From NCBI GenBank assembly GCA_964506185.1, contig CAZDKL010000001.1, forward strand, positions 23,196-87,195: DNA of 64,000 nucleotides. The letters run 5' to 3'. Shown here in pieces: positions 42,629-51,482 of this stretch. Origin of the DNA: an uncultured Candidatus Peribacteria bacterium (GTDB lineage: Bacteria > Patescibacteriota > Gracilibacteria > Peribacterales > Peribacteraceae). Within the stretch, counting starts at the first letter, position 1. Each line of letters begins with the position of its first letter. A model generated the notes under the pieces. It was not told the DNA's origin, searched no databases, and saw only the letters and a list, made by a program, of their open reading frames with translations. Both the position numbers and the translations under genes were made by a program.

Positions 42629-43781
42629 ACTTGGACATAACAAAGATCACAAATAATAAGTCGATCAGAATAGGTACCGTGAAGAATTGATATGTCATCT
42701 GATGCCTTTCTGACCATGCCAAAAAGAAATAGAACCACTGGAAGTGCAAAGTTGCGAGGACAAGAGGGATCCAGAGTTGATGTTTCTTTAGCACAGGCAA
42801 AGCTGCGAGGATAAATAAGAGGATGCTTGCATGCATGTACTCATGATTCATTGTGGATACGACTGCATTCATAAGTAATCCGCCCAATGCGCCGACCAGT
42901 AACGCCCAATATAACTTTTTATCCTCAATGTATTTAAGTTTTGGAGCCAAGAATGCCGCCAAACCTAAGAATATTAGTAGCGGGGATGTGTGCATTAAGT
43001 TCTGATGCCCTGTTCCACCGGGATCCGGGAAGTGATAGTTGTGAACCGAGAAAAGAATCTGGAGTGAGTACGCTAAATTCAAAATAACCTTCATCGGACT
43101 TTGCCAGATTGTAGCTTCGTTCAAATCCGGATGTACCCCCGCCATTAAATGACCCATTTGCATGTATTGGATCACTGCGTACAAAGCCGGAATTGCGAGT
43201 CCAAGTATTATTAGTTGATTACGCCTGAATACTGAGCCTTTAGCTGGTCTCTTTATCCAAAGAAGCGGAAGCAAAACCAAAGCGAAAGGCTTTGTAGTCA
43301 TCGCAAGCCCCCACACAATCCACGTCCACCATGATTTTTTACAAGCGCCTAAGATTGTTAGAAGCATTAACCCAATGTATGCAGACGTTGTGTACCCGAT
43401 GAAAGCTTTGAAAGTCCAAAACGGCATCATCGTTACGATCCCGGCGAGCATTAAGCCGTGCCATTTGTCCTTGAAGAGTTCTTTGCCCGCAAGATAAGCA
43501 AGAGCGGGAAGAAGCAACGACCAAATAAGCTGATAATAAATTTCGGTAAACTTGGAAGGGATAATTATGTGCATGAGAGCCGCCGGAATGTTTGAACCAT
43601 GGAATCCCGGAATGCTTAAATCAAATCTTCCATTCGCAAGCGCCTCCACAAATGCCTGATAAAGCTTAAAGTCGCGGTCTTCATAAGGAATTATTCCAAT
43701 GAAGCTTACGAGTAACGCCAAAGTCATTAGAAAGACGTACGTCCAGGGAGATGATGTGAGGCGTTTGAGGCACATAGTCAC
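42600..43781 (-). CDS. polytopic membrane protein, possibly a GT-C-like glycosyltransferase
   Basis: 393 aa with at least 10 TM segments. The first loop has YEDRDFKLYQAF. The assignment is tentative. Confidence 0.6.
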   Translation of the reverse strand: MTMCLKRLTSSPWTYVFLMTLALLVSFIGIIPYEDRDFKLYQAFVEALANGRFDLSIPGFHGSNIPAALMHIIIPSKFTEIYYQLIWSLLLPALAYLAGKELFKDKWHGLMLAGIVTMMPFWTFKAFIGYTTSAYIGLMLLTILGACKKSWWTWIVWGLAMTTKPFALVLLPLLWIKRPAKGSVFRRNQLIILGLAIPALYAVIQYMQMGHLMAGVHPDLNEATIWQSPMKVILNLAYSLQILFSVHNYHFPDPGGTGHQNLMHTSPLLIFLGLAAFLAPKLKYIEDKKLYWALLVGALGGLLMNAVVSTMNHEYMHASILLFILAALPVLKKHQLWIPLVLATLHFQWFYFFLAWSERHQMTYQFFTVPILIDLLFVIFVMSKFRRCFCTTR

Positions 43782-43865
43782 ATATTAGACCATGAATATG
43801 ATCAGGAGAACCAAAGACCTGCTGTTTTTTCCGATTTGAGCTGCCATTATCTGTTTATAGTAATT

Positions 43866-43885
43866 AACTAATTGATTAATTAGTT
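43866..43885. promoter_or_regulatory. near-perfect 20-bp palindrome, candidate ArsR operator
   Basis: AACTAATTGA|TTAATTAGTT (one mismatch), 35 nt upstream of the ArsR-family gene. A TATAGAAT box follows. Confidence 0.4.
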
Positions 43886-43919
43886 TATTAATATAGAATG
43901 ATCACGCATACCCTTAATT

Positions 43920-44192
43920 ATGAGCAACATTCAATCACAATCGCGGCTTCTTAAGGTGTTATCTAACCCTAAGCGATTGCAGATAATTTGTTTTCTTAGA
44001 AAGAATCGATCAGGAGCCATGAATGCAATTGCAAAAGAGATACGCTTATCATGGGCAGGTACATCAAAGCATCTTCAGATACTTAGGCTTGCAGGAATAG
44101 TAGAACATAAAAAACGTGGGTTATTTGTTACATACCGCCTGTCTCTTCCTCAGCAAAAAATCGTCAAACAGGTATTATCGGTAATTAAGTAG
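43920..44192 (+). CDS. ArsR/SmtB-family HTH transcriptional regulator
   Basis: LKVLSNPKRLQIICFL..AIAKEIRLSWAGTSKHLQILRLAGIV. Confidence 0.8.
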   Translation: MSNIQSQSRLLKVLSNPKRLQIICFLRKNRSGAMNAIAKEIRLSWAGTSKHLQILRLAGIVEHKKRGLFVTYRLSLPQQKIVKQVLSVIK

Positions 44193-44195
44193 TTT

Positions 44196-45317
44196 CTAAT
44201 CCATAGACTTCATTCCCTTCAATAAATCGGAAAGTGGTCCTTTTAGGGCCTTTTTCAATTGTCCGGGAATATCTCCATCAGCAAATGCAATTTGCTTAGC
44301 AGGATCTCTTACGCCATATCCATATTTACCATAGCCACTGCGCGAATCGAAGAACGCAGGACTTGGGCCCAAATCTCTGGCAGGCTCTTCCGTAATAAGA
44401 CATACATGCGCAATATCTCTGCTGGCAGTAACTCCGATTTGCTCAAGATTCTGTCGTGCAAATTGTTCCAATTCAACTGCACGGATACATGCGCCTAGCA
44501 CCTTACTTCCAAAATCAATATCCTCATCTTTCTTTCCTCGTCCTCCGTGGCTAGCTCTTCTCTGCGCTGCTATATCCCTAAAAAGTAAATCCATTTCGTC
44601 TCTTGTTACACCGGTAATGTATCTGGGACTTCTTGATCCTCTAAACTTAGCAAGTTCAGCAGGCTGACCAATTGAAGATGACAAGCCAAGGTATAAACAA
44701 TTAGTTTCTGTCACAAAATCTGTGTGATATATGGATTTTCTTGTCCCCGCTATTCTCGATCCTAAAGTAAGTTGAACGGCATAAGCGTAATGGCACAAAA
44801 GTGAATATGTTTTGTCCTCCAACCCATATGGAAACCTATGAATTCCAATTGGATTGAAAAATGAATGGAAAGATTCCCCCTTTGAAAATACATCACACAT
44901 CTCTTGGTATCTTGTCATCTGGATAATTCCATCCGGACTTTTTCCGTAAAACATATTTTTCTGCGTGTTGTTACATAGAAGACACAAATATGTTGCAAGA
45001 TCCTCATAAGTAAAAGGCGGAGTGATATACGGCTCGTCCTCTCCATCACCTCTGACTGTTAATGGAAACGCAATTTCTTGATTCAACAAACGTTGACGCA
45101 CATGATCATCACCTCGTATCCCAAGAGAAGGAGGACCAGCTTTAAAGCTACCTCCAATTGCTTTTTCATAATCATCCAAGCTTCCACCAATGGCTTCTTT
45201 TACTTCGGGCAAATCCAAAAATCTATCAACTTGATCTGATAGTGCATGCCAGTCGCGACAACCATAACGATTACGCTTAGGTCTTGATCTTGGCTCATTT
45301 CTACGCATAGCACACAC
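44196..45317 (-). CDS. hypothetical protein (about 370 aa)
   Basis: Long ORF with host-like composition, 22 nt downstream of the Nudix gene on the same strand. I recognise no motif. Confidence 0.65.
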   Translation of the reverse strand: MCAMRRNEPRSRPKRNRYGCRDWHALSDQVDRFLDLPEVKEAIGGSLDDYEKAIGGSFKAGPPSLGIRGDDHVRQRLLNQEIAFPLTVRGDGEDEPYITPPFTYEDLATYLCLLCNNTQKNMFYGKSPDGIIQMTRYQEMCDVFSKGESFHSFFNPIGIHRFPYGLEDKTYSLLCHYAYAVQLTLGSRIAGTRKSIYHTDFVTETNCLYLGLSSSIGQPAELAKFRGSRSPRYITGVTRDEMDLLFRDIAAQRRASHGGRGKKDEDIDFGSKVLGACIRAVELEQFARQNLEQIGVTASRDIAHVCLITEEPARDLGPSPAFFDSRSGYGKYGYGVRDPAKQIAFADGDIPGQLKKALKGPLSDLLKGMKSMD

Positions 45318-45339
45318 TTTATCCTTTTTGTCAATTTAC

Positions 45340-45780
45340 TCAAGAATTCTCCCTATTTTTTACAATTTCGGCGCATTTCGCTATTTCCATATGATCGAAG
45401 GCTAAATCTGCGTTCTTCCAATCCTTGATAATCTCAATTTCAGCAGCATCATCACCTGCCTTTGGTGCTCCTGACCATTCTGTAGCCAGAAATACCACAC
45501 TAATTATTCTGCCACGCGGATCGCGATCAGGCTTGGAAAATACTCCAACTAGTTTAAGGCCATCGACTTTAAGATTAGTTTCCTCGAGCATCTCGCGCTT
45601 GCAAGCCTCCTCCACAGTTTCATCTATCTCCATCATTCCACCTGGTAGAGTGAGCCGACCCTTGCCCGGCTCTTCCCCTCTTCTGATGAAAAGCAATCCT
45701 TCATCCATGAAGACCGCACAATCTGCGGCAACGACGGGAAGGATTTGGTTGGTGAAGTAATCCATGACAACATTATACAC
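45340..45780 (-). CDS. NUDIX hydrolase
   Basis: Nudix box GGMMEIDETVEEACKREMLEETNL. The start is possibly at MDYFT (45765). Confidence 0.85.
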   Translation of the reverse strand: MYNVVMDYFTNQILPVVAADCAVFMDEGLLFIRRGEEPGKGRLTLPGGMMEIDETVEEACKREMLEETNLKVDGLKLVGVFSKPDRDPRGRIISVVFLATEWSGAPKAGDDAAEIEIIKDWKNADLAFDHMEIAKCAEIVKNRENS

Positions 45781-45808
45781 TCAACACGCCTCGCATGCGC
45801 GGGGCTGT

Positions 45809-45890
45809 CAACAATCAACATTAAAATAGTTGAAAGTGAGCGTAGCGAACGTGTTGATTGTTAATTGTTAAGAGCAGCGCTTAGCGCTGC
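45809..45890. repeat. word-palindrome repeat, TTAACAATTAAC-type family, copy 2
   Basis: tcaacaatcaaca faces tgttgattgttaattgttaa. The hairpin GCAGCGC-tta-GCGCTGC has the stop codon of the 45881 gene in its loop. Confidence 0.7.
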
Positions 45891-47326
45891 GTGTCGCATG
45901 GCACATACCCTCTCTCAAAATACTCACTGCCTGACCCGACTGAATCGACCTCATACCTCTTTCCTTCAAGCACGCTTCGCGCGGCAAGTATTCCCATCTC
46001 GAGTGAGTGATCTTGGTTTGTGTAGCGGAATCTTCCCGGACGACCAATTGCATAGAAGTTTTCGAAGCTGTCTAACCAGTTTGTGATGACACTGACGTTT
46101 TCCGCATATTCAAGATCATAAATTGGATATGCATCCGGCTCTTTTATCATGTGAATGTTAAGAACTTCTTCGCGCCTGAGGAACTTGAGTTTTTCCAACC
46201 ACTCCATCGCCATGCCAAATAACTCTTCTTTTCCTGCATTCCATATTTCATCTCCTTCGAAACAGAAAAATTCTATAAACAATGATGTTCTTCCCTTGGG
46301 GCACATTTCTTTCGAGAAGTTTTTCATTTCCGTAATGCGTCCAAACGGAACTTCTTTATCCGGGAAGTAAACCCAGTTGTCATCTGTTACTTTCTCCTTA
46401 TCAATAGTTAGAAACAAGTAAACTTGTGCGCGGAATCGGAGTTTCTTTGCAGCATTTCTGACTTCTTCGGGAGCAACAGGATCAAAAAGTTCGATTGATC
46501 TGATTATTGGAACTGAGCTTATGACCGATTTTGGTCTGTAAGTGTGCGTGCCTGACTCTGACGCGACTTCAACTGATATCACGTTTCCATTTTCGTGAAC
46601 TATTCTGGTTGGTTCTGACTTAAGGAGTACTTCTGAACCGCGTTCTTGAATCTTTTTGCTCATTGTTTCGTATACAAGACCGGATCCTAGCTTCGGATAA
46701 TAGAAAGTATCAACCAATGTCTTTGGTCCTCCTCTTTTAACAAGCATTTTTTTAAGTGCTGCCCAAATACTCATTCCCGCAATACGCTGCTCCGCCCAGT
46801 CGACGGAAATTTCCTTAGCTGGAATTCCCCAAATCTTTTCCGTGTAGTTGATCATGTTGAATTCAGCAAGAGTGCGACCGAAACGTGCAACGACAAAGTC
46901 TTCGAAGCTCTGTGGTTTCTTTTTTTTAATCCTTCCTTTCACATGTTCGATGGAATAATCCCTGAGCATCTTGTTTGCCTTAAATATTCCCATCTGACCA
47001 AGGACGTTTCTGAATCTGACGGGATAGTAATAGAACTTTCCGTCCACAAAGAAGCGTGTGAGCCTTTTGACCTGTATCCATTTTTCTCCGAGCAAATCTC
47101 CGATCATGTCATACAAGTATTTATTCTTGCTGAAAAATCGGTGCGGACCGTTATCAACTCTGAATGTTCCTTGAGACTCATTGAAAACATACGTCTTGGC
47201 TAGCCCTCCAACTTGGCCTGCTCTTTCGATGACAGTAACTTGTTTTTCTGAACGACTGAGTTCCCAAGCTGAAGCCATGCCCGCAGGGCCGGCTCCAAGA
47301 ATCAATATTGAATCTGAGTTATTCAT
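45881..47326 (-). CDS. FAD/NAD(P)-binding oxidoreductase (amine-oxidase / UDP-galactopyranose-mutase-like fold)
   Basis: ILILGAGPAGMASAWEL..VTVIERAGQVGGLAKT dinucleotide-binding motif, 481 aa. Confidence 0.8.
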   Translation of the reverse strand: MNNSDSILILGAGPAGMASAWELSRSEKQVTVIERAGQVGGLAKTYVFNESQGTFRVDNGPHRFFSKNKYLYDMIGDLLGEKWIQVKRLTRFFVDGKFYYYPVRFRNVLGQMGIFKANKMLRDYSIEHVKGRIKKKKPQSFEDFVVARFGRTLAEFNMINYTEKIWGIPAKEISVDWAEQRIAGMSIWAALKKMLVKRGGPKTLVDTFYYPKLGSGLVYETMSKKIQERGSEVLLKSEPTRIVHENGNVISVEVASESGTHTYRPKSVISSVPIIRSIELFDPVAPEEVRNAAKKLRFRAQVYLFLTIDKEKVTDDNWVYFPDKEVPFGRITEMKNFSKEMCPKGRTSLFIEFFCFEGDEIWNAGKEELFGMAMEWLEKLKFLRREEVLNIHMIKEPDAYPIYDLEYAENVSVITNWLDSFENFYAIGRPGRFRYTNQDHSLEMGILAARSVLEGKRYEVDSVGSGSEYFERGYVPCDTQR

Positions 47327-47332
47327 TAATTA

Positions 47333-47734
47333 TTAATGAAACACGAATAGTTTTCTCATGCCAAAATTCCAAAATAGTACGATCCAAAGAATAATGAACT
47401 TAGCAACTATAGGCACAAGATGCACGAACTCGACTGTAAGCCAAAGGAGTAACTCAGTCCAGAAAAGCCCTCCCAAAGCTATACCAAATACCATCAAGAA
47501 TTCCAAAAGACGAGGATGCTTGCTTTTAAATACCCACAATAGGCCAAGTGTGTAATTCCACATAAGACCAAACATATATGCAATAAATGCTGCCCAGAGG
47601 TAATGCATGCCCAAATACTGTATTAACAAAAAGAATATGATCAAATCAACAATAGAGGCTGAACCGCCTACAAATAAGTATCGGAAAAACTGTATCTTTG
47701 ATGATCTCGGACTACCGAAGATGAGATGTTTCAT
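47333..47734 (-). CDS. GtrA-family membrane protein
   Basis: FFRYLFVGGSASIVDL..NYTLGLLWVF. The start was set at ATG 47734; the ORF extends to 47806, where it would overlap the divergent gene's start. Confidence 0.75.
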   Translation of the reverse strand: MKHLIFGSPRSSKIQFFRYLFVGGSASIVDLIIFFLLIQYLGMHYLWAAFIAYMFGLMWNYTLGLLWVFKSKHPRLLEFLMVFGIALGGLFWTELLLWLTVEFVHLVPIVAKFIILWIVLFWNFGMRKLFVFH

Positions 47735-47805
47735 TGCTCTGAGTTTAGCGATTTTTCTGAAGATTTCTACTGCGTTAGCTGTGTACTTCGCTAAACTATC
47801 ACGCA

Positions 47806-49062
47806 TTGAGTAATACTATCGCCATCGTCGGCCTCGGTTACGTCGGTCTACCGCTTGCACACGCATTTGCAAAGAAGGGCAACCGCGTAATTGGGTATGA
47901 CATCAGCGAAGAGCGTATTGCCAGCCTGAATTCAGGAACTGACTGGACGAATGAACTGACTAATGAGCAGATGCGGGAAGTTCCAATCGAATTCAGCGCT
48001 GACCCCGCTGTAATTGGCGAAGCTGACATAGTAATTGTCGCACTTCCAACTCCGATTGATGAAAATAATAAACCTGATATTACAATTCTAAGATCCGGAA
48101 CAGAGACTGTAGGGAAAAACATGAAAGACGGAGCAATCATTGTATTTGAATCAACCGTTTATCCGGGAACGACCGAGGAGGTTTGCGGAGAAATTCTTAA
48201 GGAAGCTTCCGGCGGAAAAAACTTTAAGCTTGGTTACTCTCCGGAAAGAATTAATCCGGGTGATAAGGAACATACTGTTACGAAAATTCTCAAGATCGTT
48301 GCCGGAGAGGATGACGAAACAACTGACGTTCTATGTGATCTGTATAAATCAATCATTGAAGCAGGCATACACAGAGCTTCGTCAATCAAAGTTGCGGAGA
48401 TGGCGAAGGCTATAGAGAATGCACAAAGAGATCTAAACATTGCATTTGTTAATGAGATAGCCCAAATGTGCAATAAGATTGGAATTTCTTCTAAGGATGT
48501 CTTTGATGCTGCAAAAACTAAGTGGAACTTCCTCCCCTTTCAGCCGGGGCTGGTCGGAGGACACTGTATAGGAGTTGATCCCTATTACTTGGTTGAAAAG
48601 GCCAAGCAGCTTGGAATGGATACGCATGTAATAACCGCAGGAAGAAGCGTCAACGATAAAATGGGATCATATGTTGCCAGCCTTGTAGCTAGCGCACTCA
48701 AAGATTCCGGAAGCAAGCGCGTACTTGTGCTCGGTCTGACCTTTAAGGAGAATGTTCCTGACCGAAGAAACAGCAAATCGGGTGATGTAATCAAAGCACT
48801 TGAAGGTTACGGATGTGATGTAGAAGTTCACGATCCGTTTTTTGACGAATCTGAGATTGAGAATCTTGGATTCAAACCCGGTAAGCTGATGAACGGACCC
48901 TACGATGCCGTGATGCTCCTGGTTACCCACAGCGATTACTTCAATGGATACCCGCAGAATCTTTTGGGAAGCCTGAAAGAAGGCGGAATCTTCTTTGATT
49001 TAAAATCTATTATGGATAAAAAGGCTGTTGAGGGGGAGGGGTATAGATATTTGGCTCTTTAG
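47806..49062 (+). CDS. nucleotide-sugar 6-dehydrogenase, TviB/WbpO-like (UDP-HexNAc dehydrogenase family)
   Basis: IAIVGLGYVGLPLAHAFAK..SGTDWTNE..GGHCIGVDP (catalytic Cys). TTG start. Confidence 0.85.
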   Translation: MSNTIAIVGLGYVGLPLAHAFAKKGNRVIGYDISEERIASLNSGTDWTNELTNEQMREVPIEFSADPAVIGEADIVIVALPTPIDENNKPDITILRSGTETVGKNMKDGAIIVFESTVYPGTTEEVCGEILKEASGGKNFKLGYSPERINPGDKEHTVTKILKIVAGEDDETTDVLCDLYKSIIEAGIHRASSIKVAEMAKAIENAQRDLNIAFVNEIAQMCNKIGISSKDVFDAAKTKWNFLPFQPGLVGGHCIGVDPYYLVEKAKQLGMDTHVITAGRSVNDKMGSYVASLVASALKDSGSKRVLVLGLTFKENVPDRRNSKSGDVIKALEGYGCDVEVHDPFFDESEIENLGFKPGKLMNGPYDAVMLLVTHSDYFNGYPQNLLGSLKEGGIFFDLKSIMDKKAVEGEGYRYLAL

Positions 49063-49172
49063 TTAGCAGATTAGCACGGGCACTTCGTGCCCTTTAGCAA
49101 ATTAGCAGATTTGCTTTTTTTGATTACAAAATATAATTAGCTAATCTGCTAATCTGCCAATCTGCTAACTGC
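49063..49172. repeat. word-palindrome repeat, AGCAGATTAGC family, copy 4
   Basis: ttagcagattagca, then GGGCAC-ttc-GTGCCC, then tttagcaaattagcagatttgc, then gctaatctgctaatctgccaatctgctaact. It lies between convergent genes. Confidence 0.8.
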
Positions 49173-49175
49173 TCG

Positions 49176-50237
49176 TCAGGTCTTCACTTTCTCGACCTCA
49201 TACATCGGACTCAAGATATCTTTGCTGGCTTGTAGCCACTCAAGAAGCCTGACAATTCCTTCGCGAACCCCTGTGTTTGCATTCCATCCTGTCGTCTTCA
49301 TGAATTTGGAGTTATCGCTGATGAATATAGGCTGATCACCCGGGCGAACCTCGCTGAACGTGTAATGCAAAGGCATTTGCATTTCGTTGTTCAAAAGATC
49401 CATGAACTCAAGCAGTGACATAGTATTTCCCTTCCCTCCTCCGATGTTATAAGCCTGACCGGACACTTTATCCATGTTCTTTATGCATGCGTCGTAACAA
49501 TTGATCAGATCATCAACGTACAAAACATCTCTGACCTGTTTGCCATTGCCGTAGATCTGAACAGGCTTGTTGTAGAGCGCTGCAATCATGAACCATGCAA
49601 CCCATCCCTGATCTTCGACTCCCATTTGATGCGGACCGTAAATGCAGGACTGACGCAAAACGACTGTCTTTAGATCATATAGACGTGAGTAATCTCTAAC
49701 GTATTGATCAGCTGAACCTTTGGAGCATCCGTAAGGTGAATGGAAATCGAGTAGCTGAGCTTCAGAAACTCCCGTCATGCCTCCTGCGAATGAGTAGCGG
49801 ATGTCTCCTTCCACAACTTCAACATCATCCAGTCCTCCATACACTTTGTTTGTGGAAGCGTAGATTATCGCGGGCCTCTTTGAGCTTTGCCTGACAGCTT
49901 CCAAAACATTGAAAGTTCCAAGCGCATTTATCTCGAAGTCTTCACGCGGGTCGATAACTGATGTTGTAACTGCAACCTGAGCCGCTAAGTGCAAAACAAT
50001 GTCGCACTCCTCGCAGAGCTGATTCAGCTGTTCCTGATCTGTTCGAATGTCGCCAACTATAATCTTAAGTCTCTCTTTATAATTTTCTTCCAAAAACTTT
50101 CTATTTATATCCGTTCCCTTGCGGGAGAAGTTATCAAAAATTACAACCTCCCATCCGTTATCCAAAAAATGCTTAGCGGAATTAATTCCAATAAATCCTG
50201 CTCCGCCTGTGATCAACATTTTCTTTGATGACATCAT
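49176..50237 (-). CDS. NAD-dependent SDR epimerase, CDP-paratose/tyvelose 2-epimerase-like
   Basis: MLITGGAGFIGINSAKHFL..VVIFDNFSRKGT..GDIR and YGCSK (YxxxK). Confidence 0.8.
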   Translation of the reverse strand: MMSSKKMLITGGAGFIGINSAKHFLDNGWEVVIFDNFSRKGTDINRKFLEENYKERLKIIVGDIRTDQEQLNQLCEECDIVLHLAAQVAVTTSVIDPREDFEINALGTFNVLEAVRQSSKRPAIIYASTNKVYGGLDDVEVVEGDIRYSFAGGMTGVSEAQLLDFHSPYGCSKGSADQYVRDYSRLYDLKTVVLRQSCIYGPHQMGVEDQGWVAWFMIAALYNKPVQIYGNGKQVRDVLYVDDLINCYDACIKNMDKVSGQAYNIGGGKGNTMSLLEFMDLLNNEMQMPLHYTFSEVRPGDQPIFISDNSKFMKTTGWNANTGVREGIVRLLEWLQASKDILSPMYEVEKVKT

Positions 50238-50267
50238 AGTAAATTGGATTATTACATGCCTCTCCTG

Positions 50268-50304
50268 CCCTGAGCGAGGAGCGGAGCGACGAGTCGAAGG
50301 GTGA
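50268..50304. repeat. REP-like GC element (CCCTGAGC..GTCGAAGGGTGA type), copy 2
   Basis: ccctgagcgaggagcggagcgacgagtcgaagggtga shares its ends with 10564-10589. Confidence 0.5.
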
Positions 50305-50312
50305 TTAACATT

Positions 50313-51458
50313 TTACTCATGGACCTGAGAATAAAGATTCTCGAACTTTTCAGCAATAGAAGACCATCTGTTTTTCTCCGCATACTTGCGGCCTGCCTGA
50401 CCTAATTGTCGGCGTAAATCCTGATCTTCGCAGAGCCTGATTATTCTATCCGCGACTCCGCTGATATCGCCATCCTCCGCAATTAAACCGGTCTGAGCGT
50501 CTATAACTGCATCTCTGATACCTCCGGCATCCGTCGCAACAATCGGCTTTCCACACGCGCTTGCTTCCAGATAGACGATCCCAAATCCTTCGAATTTCAG
50601 GTCAACGACCTTTGGAGTGTGTACGTAAATATCGCATGCGTGATAGTAGCTGACTAAGTTATCTGCCATTTGCCTGCCTGCAAATTCAACGTGATTTTGT
50701 AGTCCAAGCTGGTTGATCAGTTCCTCTAACTGAGGACGCGCATTTCCTTCTCCTACCATCACATAAACTATGTCTTCTCTTTTTTTAATGACCTGACTTA
50801 AAGCCTTTAAAACAATGTCATGCCCTTTCCTCCCCCAAAGTCCGCCAACTGTAAGCAGAACCACCTTGCCCTCATATTTTGAACTGACAGATGAGGTGCC
50901 TACTCCTTTCTGGAAACGTTCGAAGTTTACTCCGTTGTGAATAACTTCAATCGGATACGTTTTGCCGGAATACTTTTCGATCATTTGTTTTGTATAAACA
51001 CTTGGTACCGTGACTTTCTTAGCCTGACTGTAACACTTCTTTAGAACTATCTTTTCCGGGAAGTACGTGAGCGGCCTAACCCCATGCGTTCCCTGCGCAC
51101 CCATTACAAAAGGCTTCTTGTATTTTTTTGCTGACCGCGCAGCAATCATGCAATAAGGAAACGCGAAGAGAGAATGTATCAAATCAAAATCTGACACATT
51201 GATTGTTTTCCAGAATTTAAGAGCTTTTGGCTGATAAAGCCTGAAGATGTATTCGGGCAATTCGTATCTGACCTCGAATGGGAGATTAAAAAGCTCGGCA
51301 AACTCCCTCTGCGATTCGGGCAAAAATAATGTAATTTCCGCTCCCCTCTGGCTCAAATGCCTCGTTAGCTCATAAGTTATATTGCCATAACCGTCTTTTG
51401 GACTGACTGTGGAGGAGAAAATAGCTGTTTTCACATACATACCGTAGCGGAGATTCAT
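50313..51458 (-). CDS. family 4 (GT-B) glycosyltransferase
   Basis: EGFGIVYLEASACGKPIVATDAGGIRDAV (E-x7-E region). Confidence 0.85.
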   Translation of the reverse strand: MNLRYGMYVKTAIFSSTVSPKDGYGNITYELTRHLSQRGAEITLFLPESQREFAELFNLPFEVRYELPEYIFRLYQPKALKFWKTINVSDFDLIHSLFAFPYCMIAARSAKKYKKPFVMGAQGTHGVRPLTYFPEKIVLKKCYSQAKKVTVPSVYTKQMIEKYSGKTYPIEVIHNGVNFERFQKGVGTSSVSSKYEGKVVLLTVGGLWGRKGHDIVLKALSQVIKKREDIVYVMVGEGNARPQLEELINQLGLQNHVEFAGRQMADNLVSYYHACDIYVHTPKVVDLKFEGFGIVYLEASACGKPIVATDAGGIRDAVIDAQTGLIAEDGDISGVADRIIRLCEDQDLRRQLGQAGRKYAEKNRWSSIAEKFENLYSQVHE

Positions 51459-51482
51459 GAATCTCCGCTACACTAAAAATCC

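Noticed and set aside
47804-47808. Back-to-back overlapping divergent start codons (also at 58663-58666)
   Set aside because: This is more simply explained by over-extended ORFs. Internal ATGs (47734 and 58572) give normal N-termini and leave room for promoters.
1192-49172. Possible CRISPR array made of the recurring ttagcagattagc-type repeats
   Set aside because: The repeats are inverted or palindromic, only 6-11 nt per unit and contiguous, with no unique spacers of regular length. They are dispersed one per spacer, and no cas genes are present.
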